This document shows positions 1-9,058 of a DNA stretch of 64,000 nt, in pieces. The position numbers were made by a program, and so were the translations under genes. The notes under the pieces were generated by a model that did not search any database, was not told where the DNA came from, and saw nothing but the letters and a program-made list of their open reading frames with translations. Each line of letters starts with the position of its first letter. The stretch's first letter is position 1. This DNA is from an uncultured Verrucomicrobiae bacterium (lineage in GTDB: Bacteria > Verrucomicrobiota > Verrucomicrobiia > Limisphaerales > UBA11358), in assembly GCA_963845665.1 (NCBI GenBank), contig CAWJTA010000002.1, positions 611,388 through 675,387 on the forward strand. Reading direction: 5' to 3'.

Positions 1-2155
1 TTTGCGCCCGCGCCAGTGCCAACGCCTGCTGCAGATGCTCGATGGCTTCGGCCACTTTGCCCTGGCTGGCCAGCGCGATTCCCAGATTATTGTAAGAGGA
101 GGGGTCATTGGGATTCAATTGGATGGCCCGGTTGAAGCACTTAATGGCATCGTCTATTTTGTGCTGCCTGGCCAGGATGACGCCCAGGTTATTGAGGGTA
201 TTTGGGTCATCCGGCTTGAGATCAAGCGCCTCCTGATAATAGGCGGCCGCGGCGTTCATATCGCCCTGCGCGGCCAGGGCGCCGCCGAGGTCATTCAGGG
301 CGTCGAGGTATTGAGGTTTTACCCGGATGGCCCGCTCATATTGTTCGATGGCGTCGCTTAACTTCCCTTGCCGGGCCAATGTCAGCCCCAGATTACACCG
401 GGCCTCGGCATAGTCCGGATTGATTTCGAGCGCCTGCTGGTAATTCAGGGTCGCGTCGTCGTAATCGGCTCGCGCGGCGTAGATGTTGCCAAGGTTAAAA
501 TAACTATTGGCGTCCTCTGGCTTAAGCTGAATTGCGCGGTCCAGGTCCTGCACAGCATCGCTCACTTTGCCCTGCGCAGCCAGGGCCACGCTGAGATTGT
601 TGAGAACCGGAACGTTCTCAGGATCCAGTTTGAGCGCTTGATAAAAATCAGTTAAGGCCGCGCCCGGGTTTCCCTGACCGGTGAGGATTTTGCCGAGATT
701 ATTCAACGATTTCGCGTCGCCCGGGTTAATTTCAAGTGCGCGATTAAAATGCTGAACGGCGGCTTGCACGTCCCCCTGGTCAGCCAGCGCGACACCTAAA
801 TTACAATGAGCGATATAGCTGAGCGGCCAAAACGACAGCGTGCGCGACCAGATGGAGATGCTGTTTTTCCAATAGCTGGTTTGGGCATGTGCGGCGATTG
901 AAAGGGCGGCAAGAACGGCCGCGGCGGCAGAGCCCAAAACAACTCGCCGGAACGGAAGCGCGCGCAACAGGTCCGTTGCGCCCCAGGCAACGAATATAAA
1001 AAGGCCAATTTGAGGCAAATACGTGTATCGGTCGGCGCGTGTCTGATCGCCGGCTTGCATGATGTCAATCACCGGCAATAACATGATGAGATACCAGAGC
1101 CAGCCGGTCAGGAGCCATGGACATTTTCGTCTGGTCAGAAAAGAACCCGCCGAAATGATTAACAATATGGCGACCGAGAATCCAAGGTTCATCGCCGGCA
1201 GATGATCCGGCGGATGGGGATAGAGAAGGGACAGGCCAATCGGATAAAAGGTGTGCTGCAAGTAATCGACATACGCCAAAAGCGCATTACCCAGGCGCCA
1301 TGGCCAGGTGAAGTCGTGGACCGAGAGGACGACATGTGGTTGAGTGAGCACCGTCAGGATGCACCCAGCCGCGCTGATTAAAATGAAGGGCCATTTTTCC
1401 AGAAGCAATTTTGGAAACGAACCGAGACTCAGGCGCTGAAGCGGCCAAAAATCGAGAAGCAGCAGGATGACTGGCAGGGTGACGATCATTGATTTGGACA
1501 GCACACCCAAAACGAACAATGCGAGCGCCCAATAATAAGCGGCCGTCCAATCACGCGGATCGCCCCACTCGATCGCGGAAGCTGGCTTTTGGACGAGAAT
1601 CCGGGATTGCACATGCTGAATCCACGCCCACAGAGCCAGCATAAAAAATAATCCGCTTAAGACGTCTTTCCGTTCGGCAACCCACGCGACCGATTCCACC
1701 CGCAGGGGGTGAATGGCGAAAGCCGCCGCGACGAAAGCGCTCCGCCACCGAGCCCCGGTCATCATTTGAAATACCAGGAAGAGAACAATGGCGGCAGCGG
1801 CATGGAGCAGAACGTTGGTCAGGTGATGGCCGCCGGAATAGGGCCCGTAAAGCTGCCAATCCAGCATGTGGGAAATATCGGTAATCGGAAACCACGCGTC
1901 CCGGTCGCTATTCTGGGTAAATACCCGGCCGATTTCATGCAAATCCAGTCCCCGGGTGACGACCGGGTTTTCATACACGACGGCATCGTCGTCATAATTG
2001 ATGAAATCGAAACGAACGGTCTGGCCAAAAACCGCCCAGACCGCCAGCGCCAACGCCAGGCAAATGCCGGCTGATTTCCAAATCGCCTGAGACTGAGCCT
2101 CCCGCGCCGGGGCCTCATGGTTCCGGACGGATGGAGCAGCGTCACGGGCCGTCAT
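1..2155 (-). CDS. Polytopic membrane protein with C-terminal TPR repeats (TMTC/PMT-like GT-C glycosyltransferase candidate); 3' end runs off the window
   Basis: Absent from the ORF track because there is no stop in the window. Manual reverse-strand translation gives MTARDAAPSVRNHEAPAREAQSQAIWKSAGICLALALAVWAVFGQTVRFDFINYDDD..., then multiple hydrophobic segments. Below about nt 800 there are consecutive TPR units (..NLGVALADQGDVQAAVQHFNRALEINPGDAKSLNNLG..). The ATG at 2155-2153 overlaps the TGA of the upstream gene (ATGA). The + strand ORFs 2..361 and 368..655 are its antisense shadow. Confidence 0.8.
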   Translation of the reverse strand, partial: MTARDAAPSVRNHEAPAREAQSQAIWKSAGICLALALAVWAVFGQTVRFDFINYDDDAVVYENPVVTRGLDLHEIGRVFTQNSDRDAWFPITDISHMLDWQLYGPYSGGHHLTNVLLHAAAAIVLFLVFQMMTGARWRSAFVAAAFAIHPLRVESVAWVAERKDVLSGLFFMLALWAWIQHVQSRILVQKPASAIEWGDPRDWTAAYYWALALFVLGVLSKSMIVTLPVILLLLDFWPLQRLSLGSFPKLLLEKWPFILISAAGCILTVLTQPHVVLSVHDFTWPWRLGNALLAYVDYLQHTFYPIGLSLLYPHPPDHLPAMNLGFSVAILLIISAGSFLTRRKCPWLLTGWLWYLIMLLPVIDIMQAGDQTRADRYTYLPQIGLFIFVAWGATDLLRALPFRRVVLGSAAAAVLAALSIAAHAQTSYWKNSISIWSRTLSFWPLSYIAHCNLGVALADQGDVQAAVQHFNRALEINPGDAKSLNNLGKILTGQGNPGAALTDFYQALKLDPENVPVLNNLSVALAAQGKVSDAVQDLDRAIQLKPEDANSYFNLGNIYAARADYDDATLNYQQALEINPDYAEARCNLGLTLARQGKLSDAIEQYERAIRVKPQYLDALNDLGGALAAQGDMNAAAAYYQEALDLKPDDPNTLNNLGVILARQHKIDDAIKCFNRAIQLNPNDPSSYNNLGIALASQGKVAEAIEHLQQALALARAQ

Positions 2156-3723
2156 GGAGTCGCTTCGATATTGACGCCGAGGCGCTCGAGAGTGCTGCCC
2201 TCCTGCGAGTAAAGGGTCGCAAGAGATTCTTCGTAATTGGCCAGCGCGCGGATTTCCTGCCCGCGGGCGATCGTGAGGTTGTTTTGATACGTCAACACTT
2301 CAAACGTCGTGGCCTTGCCCACCGCGTAGGTTTTTTGCTCGGCATCGAGCGCCAATTCGGCGTAAATGCGCGCCTGTCGTGTCGCATCCACGCTTTCGTA
2401 ATCGGATTGGGCGGTCTTTACGGCATTATCGATCCCGACCAGTACGCTTTGTTCATATTGTTTTAGTTGCAGGATCACTTGTTTCAGGGTCGCCTTTTGG
2501 GATTTGAATTGATTGCGTGTGCTTTGACTGGCCAATGGAACCGAAAACTGAAACCCGTAACTGTAATAGGGCGCATTGCCCTGGTTGATTTGCCCCAAAG
2601 CGCCATTGTAAAACAGGCCATCGCCGTTCCAGCCGTATGTGCCGATGACGTCGAGTTCGGGAAAGAGTTGGTTGCGATCGAATTTGAGCTGGATGCCCGC
2701 CTTCTGCACGTTCAGTCGGTACTGTATCAAATCGGGCCGCTCGACCATGCCCCGGCTCCAGCTGTCCTGCAAATTGAACAGCACCAGTGGCGCCGACAGC
2801 GGTTCGGCGGGCTGAATATCCGTGCCGTGCAAGGCGGTGTAATCGTCCGTAATCAGGTTCTTCAGAGTGTTCTGGTCCGTCTCAAGAGTGGCTTGAGCGG
2901 TAATGAGGTTGGCCTGGTTTTGAGCCACCTGCGATTGGTCCTGATGCACGCTCAATTCCGCCAGCGTGCCGATTTGCATGCGCTGCTGGTCCTGCTCCAA
3001 CTGAGTCTGGGAAAGGTCCAGCGCCTCCTGCTGCACTTTCAGGTTCTCCAGCGCAAAAATCAACTCGTAGTAAGCATTTGCTACAGACGTGATGCTGGTA
3101 ATGACCTGGTAGCGGAATCCCTGTTCACTGTATTGCAGGGTATTTTTGCTTACCAGGATGTTCAATCGGCTCTGGTCGATCCACATATTTTTCAGCAGCG
3201 GCTGAGTTAATTTAACCCCTATCGTACCGACGCTGTTCGGAGTCGTCACGCCACCCTCCAAAATATGCTCCTGATAAATATTGCCGCTGAAATCATATTG
3301 CAGCCCGGTCAACGGCAATTCTCCGCTGATGCCGGAGCTAAACGTATCGATTTTAATCGTCTCGGAAGGCAATGGAAGGCCATCGAAAAAACCGCCCGGC
3401 TGCACATTGAAATTATGCGAGCCGGAAGCGCTCAATGTGGGATCGTAAGCCGTACCGTAGGACGCGCGCAGATCATACAGATCGATCGCCGGATTATATC
3501 GCTGGATTTGTACGTCCAGGTTGTGTTTGAGGGCTTCCGCAACGCAGTCCTGCAATGACATTTTGCTGCCGTTGGGAACAGTGTTGGTCGCCTCCAGGGT
3601 AGGATTCGTCTGGGCAGATGCTGCCACGGCGAGCCAGGCATAGAAGATGACAACACTGAAATATTTCATGAAGCCGGAATTTTGCGCTTTAGCGCCAAAT
3701 CCGTCAACGGTGGTCTGAGTCAT
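2152..3723 (-). CDS. TolC-family outer membrane efflux protein
   Basis: 523-aa ORF. It has a signal-like N-terminus (MKYFSVVIFYAWLAVAASAQT; the alternative start is at 3669) and the duplicated coiled-coil/beta-barrel pattern typical of OMP efflux proteins (LSLQDCVAEALKHNLDVQ..., ..TTFEVLTYQNNLTIARGQ..). Confidence 0.85.
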   Translation of the reverse strand: MTQTTVDGFGAKAQNSGFMKYFSVVIFYAWLAVAASAQTNPTLEATNTVPNGSKMSLQDCVAEALKHNLDVQIQRYNPAIDLYDLRASYGTAYDPTLSASGSHNFNVQPGGFFDGLPLPSETIKIDTFSSGISGELPLTGLQYDFSGNIYQEHILEGGVTTPNSVGTIGVKLTQPLLKNMWIDQSRLNILVSKNTLQYSEQGFRYQVITSITSVANAYYELIFALENLKVQQEALDLSQTQLEQDQQRMQIGTLAELSVHQDQSQVAQNQANLITAQATLETDQNTLKNLITDDYTALHGTDIQPAEPLSAPLVLFNLQDSWSRGMVERPDLIQYRLNVQKAGIQLKFDRNQLFPELDVIGTYGWNGDGLFYNGALGQINQGNAPYYSYGFQFSVPLASQSTRNQFKSQKATLKQVILQLKQYEQSVLVGIDNAVKTAQSDYESVDATRQARIYAELALDAEQKTYAVGKATTFEVLTYQNNLTIARGQEIRALANYEESLATLYSQEGSTLERLGVNIEATP

Positions 3724-3753
3724 AAATACTAAGACACCGCTGTAACCAAATAG

Positions 3754-5088
3754 TTACGGTCCCGCTGGCTTCGCCGGCACGGTCTCGACCTTCGCGTTCG
3801 TCTCCAAAAATTGCATCACCTTTTCGTAGAGCGCCTGGTCGTATAGCTCGCGAACGGCGTCGCGCTTCTGCAGATCCTTGAGAAATTGGTCGAGCGGAAT
3901 TTGATTCGTTGCGGCGATCATCCGGGCCTGCATCAGGGCGTCTTCCTGCGTGACAGAAATCTTTTCCTTTTCGGCGATGCGCTCGACCAGGAACATTAAC
4001 TTGACGCGGTCTTTGGCGTTGGCCGCCGCGCTCGAGTAAATGGCGTCTTTCTGCTCTTCGATCATCTCACGGGAAATGCCGCGCCGCGTATTGTCCTGTA
4101 CGATGTCGTAAACGACGTTGCGGGTGACGTTGGCCACGGGCGTTTCCGGCAGCTCGAATTGCACGCGTTCCAGCAGGAAGCGCACGACTTGCCCGCGGAT
4201 TGAACGCGATTCAGAGTATTTCAGCTCTTTTTCCAGGTCGACCCGCACCCCGGCCCGCAGTTTGTCGAGGCTATCGGCGCCGTATTTTTTGGCGAATTCA
4301 TCGTCGATGGGCGGCAGGATCTTTTCTTTTACTTCCAGGATTTCCACTTCAAAGACGCCTTTTTTGCCCTGCAACTCTTTGGTCACGAAATCCGCCGGGA
4401 AATCCACCGTCACAGTCCGCTTGTCCCCGGCTTTGGCCCCGGTCATTTGGCCGGCGAAACCTTCGATAAAGGCGGTCGGCTCGATATCGAGCCAGAAATT
4501 TTTCTTTTCAGTCAATCCGCGCGCGGTTGGGGCTGTGTCCGTAATGGGTTTGCCGTCGCTAGTGCCGGTGTAATTGACCACGGCGATGTCGCCCATTTGG
4601 AGTTCGCGCTGGACGGTTTCAAATTTCACGTGCTGTTGCGCCAGCATCTTGATGGCGCGTTCCACGTCCTGGTCGTTCACGGATTTGTCTTCGCGTTTGG
4701 CGGGCAGGCTTTTGTATTCGGGAAGCTCAAATTCCGGCGCGGTCTCGATCGTGGCGGCGAACTGAAGGTTTTGTCCCTTGCCAAAAGCGATTTCCTCGAT
4801 GTCCGGGTAGCCGATGACACTGATTTTCTTTTCTTCGAGCGCTTTGCGGTAGTTGTCCCCGATCAATTTGCGCTTGGCTTCATCGGTGATCTCCGCGCTG
4901 TATTTCTTCAGGACGAGGTCTCGCGGCGCCTTGCCGGGGCGAAAGCCCGGCAACGCCGCCTGCTTTTGAAATTCCTTTGTCACAGAATCGAAGACCTCAT
5001 CCACGGCCTTCGCTTCCACTTCCACCCGCATCAGTTTTTTGCACGGGGCCAAATTTTCAACGGAGATATTCACAATAAACCTCGTCAA
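3754..5088 (-). CDS. tig: Trigger factor
   Basis: 444-aa ORF with the trigger factor N-terminal signature (..FQKQAALPGFRPGKAPRDLVLKKY..), a central FKBP-like region and a C-terminal domain. The likely true start is GTG at 5073, preceded by GAGG. Confidence 0.93.
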   Translation of the reverse strand: MTRFIVNISVENLAPCKKLMRVEVEAKAVDEVFDSVTKEFQKQAALPGFRPGKAPRDLVLKKYSAEITDEAKRKLIGDNYRKALEEKKISVIGYPDIEEIAFGKGQNLQFAATIETAPEFELPEYKSLPAKREDKSVNDQDVERAIKMLAQQHVKFETVQRELQMGDIAVVNYTGTSDGKPITDTAPTARGLTEKKNFWLDIEPTAFIEGFAGQMTGAKAGDKRTVTVDFPADFVTKELQGKKGVFEVEILEVKEKILPPIDDEFAKKYGADSLDKLRAGVRVDLEKELKYSESRSIRGQVVRFLLERVQFELPETPVANVTRNVVYDIVQDNTRRGISREMIEEQKDAIYSSAAANAKDRVKLMFLVERIAEKEKISVTQEDALMQARMIAATNQIPLDQFLKDLQKRDAVRELYDQALYEKVMQFLETNAKVETVPAKPAGP

Positions 5089-5274
5089 TCGAGCCGTGCA
5101 ACATAACAGAACTACTGCGGATTCGTCAATGGTTCTATTCCTGTTTGAGGCCGGTGGCTCTCGCAGGGAGGGAATGGCCCATCCCGCAACGCCAGATCAA
5201 TGATGAAGTATGGCATCGCCATCGCCATCCCACCCCCGCCGAAATCGAACGGGACGCGGTGCGGGCAAGGCGCC

Positions 5275-5865
5275 TCAGGCCGATTGCGGGCGTTCGGCGA
5301 AGAGATCAGGCGACTTTTCGCGCGCCGCCGTGGATCGCGGAATCTCTTCAGCGAGCGATTTTAGCGATGCCAATCCTTTTTCAAATTGATCGCCGCACAT
5401 TTTGTCGCAATTCAAGACCAGACCGAAGAGTTTGCCGGGGAGATTTCGTTTGCCGGACATGGTCCATGTCACGAGGGTTTGGCCGTTGTCGTCCAGGAAC
5501 CTGAATTCGGCTGTGTTTGTGGCCACCATCGGCTTGAGAAATTCGAGTCGAAAACGGACCCATTCGTACGGCCTGCTTTCGGTGATGGTATTGCTGCCGG
5601 CGCCGATTTTATTATTGCCGGACCATTCATAGCGGGCGCCGACGCCGGCGGGCGGCCCGGCATAGGTCATCCGGCAAGTGGGGTCCAAAGCGGCCCATGG
5701 ATTCCATGCCTCCCAATTTCGAAGTTCGTTGACGCGCGGAAACACCTGTTCCCTGGGTGCGGCGATCCTGATTTGGCGCGATACAGTAAAATCATTCGGT
5801 TGTCCGGCGACGACGACAATCAGAATGAGGGCGATAAATGCGAGTGCGAGGATGACAGGCAGCAT
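5275..5865 (-). CDS. SRPBCC (polyketide cyclase/START-like) family protein with N-terminal TM anchor
   Basis: 196-aa ORF with a hydrophobic N-terminus followed by an SRPBCC-like pattern (..IAAPREQVFPRVNELRNWEAWNPW..). Confidence 0.7.
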   Translation of the reverse strand: MLPVILALAFIALILIVVVAGQPNDFTVSRQIRIAAPREQVFPRVNELRNWEAWNPWAALDPTCRMTYAGPPAGVGARYEWSGNNKIGAGSNTITESRPYEWVRFRLEFLKPMVATNTAEFRFLDDNGQTLVTWTMSGKRNLPGKLFGLVLNCDKMCGDQFEKGLASLKSLAEEIPRSTAAREKSPDLFAERPQSA

Positions 5866-5886
5866 AGTATTTCCTTTCTGTGTGGT

Positions 5887-6273
5887 TTAGTTGAGTAGAG
5901 CGGAAAATTTTTTTCGCGCATTCCAGAGAAGGAAAAGTGCGCAGACGGCGATGATGATGAAGAGCGGGTTGATCAAATGCCTCGGGTCTTCCACAAGCGT
6001 GTGAAACGCGATGATATTGACGATGACGGGTCCAAGCAGCAGCAGCGCGATATTGCGCAGGCGCGGGACCAGCACCATCAGGCCGCCGATGAACTCGAAC
6101 ATTTTCACAAATTTGACGTAGCCGGTCGGAACAAACGCGGCCATGAAATGGGCGGCGGGTGTGCCGTCGGGCAATTTGGGAAATGGAACAAGGTTGAACA
6201 GGACTGGGATGCTCGCCGCGAGGAAGCAAAGCCCCAGGAGCGTGCCGGCAATGGTCGGGAGATATTTTTTCAT
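5887..6273 (-). CDS. DoxX-family membrane protein
   Basis: 128-aa ORF with four hydrophobic segments and DoxX-like size and layout. Confidence 0.65.
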   Translation of the reverse strand: MKKYLPTIAGTLLGLCFLAASIPVLFNLVPFPKLPDGTPAAHFMAAFVPTGYVKFVKMFEFIGGLMVLVPRLRNIALLLLGPVIVNIIAFHTLVEDPRHLINPLFIIIAVCALFLLWNARKKFSALLN

Positions 6274-6316
6274 AATCGATTTATAGGTTCAATAATGTGC
6301 TGTGGCAAACTCCGGG

Positions 6317-6766
6317 CTAATGTCGATCCGGTATATCAGCTTCGACGAGTTTGGCCAAAAGTTCGAGCGATTCCTGCCAGCCGAGATAGCAGGCTTCCGT
6401 GGGAATAGCGGCGGGAATGTCTTCCTGGACCACGGTCAGATCCGTGCCGCAAAAGACTTCTTTCAAGGTGACTGTGGTCTGAAATTCGCCGGGCATGTTC
6501 GGATCGTCGAATCTGTTTGTATAACGGATGCGTTCGTTCGGCGTCAAATCAAGGTAGGTTCCGCTGAAGGAATGGCTTTTGCTGATGCCAAAATTGGTGA
6601 AAGACATATGGTAACCGCCGCCCACGCGGGCGTCCAAGCGATGGACTTTGCCGGTAAAACCGTTGGGCGGCAGCCATTTTGCCATGGCGTCGGCGTCCAG
6701 AAAGGCCTTATAAATTTTCTCCGGCGAGGCGCGGAGCACGCGATGCAGGCGGACTGTATTTGACAT
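6317..6766 (-). CDS. SRPBCC / AHSA1 (activator of Hsp90 ATPase homolog 1-like) family protein
   Basis: The internal ATG at 6766 gives MSNTVRLHRVLRASPEKIYKAFLDADAMAKWLPPNGFTGKVHRLDARVGGGY..., a typical AHSA1/SRPBCC pattern. The upstream 26 codons of the ORF are probably untranslated. Confidence 0.75.
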   Translation of the reverse strand: MSNTVRLHRVLRASPEKIYKAFLDADAMAKWLPPNGFTGKVHRLDARVGGGYHMSFTNFGISKSHSFSGTYLDLTPNERIRYTNRFDDPNMPGEFQTTVTLKEVFCGTDLTVVQEDIPAAIPTEACYLGWQESLELLAKLVEADIPDRH

Positions 6767-6910
6767 ATTCGCGTTTGGTTGATGGTTTATGTATCGCTCA
6801 TAGGTATGACGAGTGTGCACGGGTGGAAAGGACAAAGATGGCAAATAATTATGAACAACAAAGGCGCGAAGACGCGAAGAGGTGCGCTACCAGATGAAGT
6901 TGGGAATCGT

Positions 6911-7028
6911 GTTACATTGTTACATCGTTGGGCGAGAATGACTTGCGGTGTTACACCATTTGTTACGCGCTGTTACATTTCATAAAATGCTGATAGTCAA
7001 TTGCTTACAGTGTTACATTAACGTTATC
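6911..7028 (+). repeat. Array 1 of direct GTTACA sites (5 exact, 3 near-exact, all on the same strand)
   Basis: Exact GTTACA at 6911, 6919, 6950, 6972 and 7012. Variants are GTTACG at 6962, CTTACA at 7003 and GTTATC at 7023. The array lies in the divergent intergenic region between the 6766(-) and 7071(+) starts. Confidence 0.8.
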
Positions 7029-7070
7029 GTTGAGTTGAATGGGCAATCACCCGCTTCAAAGGGTCGTCGT

Positions 7071-7505
7071 ATGAAAAAAAATATCACACTCATGCTCTGT
7101 ATCTTATTCGCCGGGGCATTCCTGACTGGCGGCTGTTCGAGTACCAAATTCGAGAAATATGATGGTTCAGCGACTCTTCAAGAAAATGTGGGCGAAGTGT
7201 ATTCCGTTGACGGAATTGATTTCTGGAAGAACGGGCAGCCTGACCGGCAATACCTGATTCTAGGCGTGCTCGAGCAAAGCCACCATCACCACGTCCCATT
7301 GGGCCGGGTTTCCAGAGTCTTTTCAAATTCCAGCGGCCGAGAAGAGGCCATCGCCAAAGCGGCGCGTAAAAACGGCGGAGATGCCGTTGTTTTTGTGGCA
7401 GAGGATCCAGAGTCAGCCATGGACACGGAGCTATCCGCTGAAGAACCGTATGGCCATCAAAGACATCAACGATTCACGTTGATTGTCGTTAAGTATGTTA
7501 AATAG
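7071..7505 (+). CDS. Hypothetical lipoprotein
   Basis: The internal ATG at 7071 gives MKKNITLMLCILFAGAFLTGGCSS, a lipobox-type signal peptide. Confidence 0.65.
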   Translation: MKKNITLMLCILFAGAFLTGGCSSTKFEKYDGSATLQENVGEVYSVDGIDFWKNGQPDRQYLILGVLEQSHHHHVPLGRVSRVFSNSSGREEAIAKAARKNGGDAVVFVAEDPESAMDTELSAEEPYGHQRHQRFTLIVVKYVK

Positions 7506-7572
7506 GCTGGCACGAGGTTCGTGCGTTAAAGTGAGAAATGAGACCATAAATCTCGTGATTCAACACACTGAA

Positions 7573-7606
7573 TTAGTTCCTTGATTTAGGAACAGTGGGG
7601 GAGCAG
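7573..7606 (+). repeat. Upstream element, variant copy (TTAGTTCCTTGATTTAGGAACAGTGGGGGAGCAG)
   Basis: Shares GTTCCTTGATTT...GGGGAGCAG with the consensus element. It ends 12 nt before the 7618 start. Confidence 0.55.
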
Positions 7607-7617
7607 GGTGGCAGCGG

Positions 7618-8043
7618 ATGAAACCGAACACTTCACCTTGGACTATCAGGCAGAAGTGTATTGCCGATTGGGAGAAGATGCGCGGTGATGACGCGCGCCG
7701 GTTTTGTGAGCACTGTCAGAGACTCGTTTACAATGTTTCAGCGATGAGTCGTGAGGAGCGTGAAGTATTCGCTTCGCCTGCTGGTATGCAGGAGTGCATT
7801 TTTTATTCCCAGCGAAGCGATGGAGAGTTGGCTGACCTTTCGCTATTGGCAAAACTGCGGCGGTGGTTCCCTATTTTGCGCCTGGCGTGCCGGTCAGCAT
7901 TGGTTGCAATTTTACCTGTGGGCCTGACAGGTTGCGTGATGGGTGTACGTACCGATGTAAAAGTTACCCCAATTCCTCAAAACACATCGACCAATCTTCA
8001 GCAGAACACGAACCAGACCAGCGCTTTTGAAACTCCGCATTGA
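7618..8043 (+). CDS. Hypothetical protein with N-terminal Cys-rich motif and C-terminal TM segment
   Basis: 141-aa ORF with the motif C-x4-W-x2-M-x7-RFCEHCQRLVYNVSAMSREE (putative zinc-binding) and a hydrophobic segment ALVAILPVGLTGC. Confidence 0.55.
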   Translation: MKPNTSPWTIRQKCIADWEKMRGDDARRFCEHCQRLVYNVSAMSREEREVFASPAGMQECIFYSQRSDGELADLSLLAKLRRWFPILRLACRSALVAILPVGLTGCVMGVRTDVKVTPIPQNTSTNLQQNTNQTSAFETPH

Positions 8044-8055
8044 GAGCTGAACACC

Positions 8056-8370
8056 ATGCTGCACTTATTTACAGTCGCTGATGTGTTTGTGATTGAGGGA
8101 CGAGGTTGTGTGCTTGTGCCGGGATTGCCGACAGAACCCGGATCGCCGAATGTCAAGCGAGACGCAAGAATTCGACTAAAGACGCCTTCAGGCAAATTTA
8201 TCGATACAACTATCAGAGCGATTGAGATGATTACCTATCGCAAAAGGCCCAAAAAAATATGTTTACCGATTGAGTTACCCGACGGTATTGCCAAGGATGA
8301 TGTCCCAATTGGAACGGAGGTAATTTTACTTGAGGACGAATGTGAGAGCATTAAATCACAACGGGCTTAA
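8056..8370 (+). CDS. Small stand-alone protein resembling EF-Tu domain II
   Basis: The N-terminus LHLFTVADVFVIEGRGCVLVPG matches the start of the EF-Tu domain II beta-barrel (F-x3-V-x-DVF-x-I-x-GRG-x-V). It is 104 aa and starts 12 nt after the preceding stop. Confidence 0.55.
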   Translation: MLHLFTVADVFVIEGRGCVLVPGLPTEPGSPNVKRDARIRLKTPSGKFIDTTIRAIEMITYRKRPKKICLPIELPDGIAKDDVPIGTEVILLEDECESIKSQRA

Positions 8371-8385
8371 CATCGTGAGCAATTA

Positions 8386-8829
8386 ATGCATCCAGACATT
8401 GAAAAAGCTGAAACGCTCTTGCGTCCAATGATGCCGGACAAATTTTCTGTCACGTACGAGCCAGCCATGCCGGGTTCAAATGGCAAATTCTTCCGATGGT
8501 TTCAGGTTGTCTTTGCAGTTGGGCCCGGTGACGCCGCAGCCTTACGTGCGCAAGTGCACGAACTTTTTCCTCTTATGCTCGCTGCACTTTCACCATTATC
8601 TTCAGTCCAAGAGGCAGACCATATCACGCTGCGTGCTCGCCGGTTCCTTCCTGACATTGGTGCTGACCGTCCATTTATGTTCATTCAGGCGGACTGGACG
8701 GATGTTGCTGTTCGACGAATGCGAGACAATGGTGATTTTGCTGTTTGGGCCAATGAGTGTCTTACCTATCGCAACGAGCACGATAAGAACGACACTTTCA
8801 ATATCTCCAAAGACTACGCCTTGACCTGA
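8386..8829 (+). CDS. Hypothetical protein
   Basis: 147-aa ORF, 15 nt after the preceding stop and on the same strand, so probably part of an operon. I recognise no motif. Confidence 0.5.
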   Translation: MHPDIEKAETLLRPMMPDKFSVTYEPAMPGSNGKFFRWFQVVFAVGPGDAAALRAQVHELFPLMLAALSPLSSVQEADHITLRARRFLPDIGADRPFMFIQADWTDVAVRRMRDNGDFAVWANECLTYRNEHDKNDTFNISKDYALT

Positions 8830-8870
8830 GCTTCGGGATTAAACCATTCAATGGAATTGGTCGTCCCGTT

Positions 8871-9004
8871 GCGCCAATCCCCCTTCTGGCCCCGTCTTCC
8901 TTCCCCCCAGAGCGTATCAACACCAAAACGCAAAGCCAGGCAATCAAATCCTCATTCCATTCAGTTCCTACAAAGTTGTTCTATTGATTTTGGGGTAACC
9001 GGGA
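8871..9004 (+). repeat. Long-form intergenic element, copy 1 (ends in a core-motif variant)
   Basis: Starts GCGCCAATCCCCC..GGCCCCGTCT.., contains ..CCAAAACGCAAAGCCAGG.. and ends TTGTTCTATTGATTTTGGGGTAACCGGG. It aligns with the elements at 9757-9960 and 10189-10350. Confidence 0.7.
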
Positions 9005-9058
9005 GCATTTCTCCAAAAACGCCGTCAAACCGTATGAGAAAGCTGAATTTTGTCATAC

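Noticed and set aside
2467-3210. Long ORFs on the strand opposite confident genes, such as 2467..3210(+), 4447..5106(+), 27852..28958(-), 34796..35380(+), 39083..39721(+), 54001..54744(-) and 63031..63984(-).
   Set aside because: Each lies fully antisense to a gene with clear family motifs (TolC, tig, typA, kinase, mnmG, ABC, GH78). Their translations are low-complexity and rich in R/G/A/V, as expected for shadow ORFs in GC-rich DNA.
7028-7045. A possible direct repeat of the tRNA-Arg 3' end (GAGTTGAA) at 7031, marking the far end of a tRNA-integrated island spanning 7.0-10.7 kb.
   Set aside because: Only 8 nt match, which is expected by chance in 64 kb. There is no integrase gene, so this is insufficient to call island boundaries.
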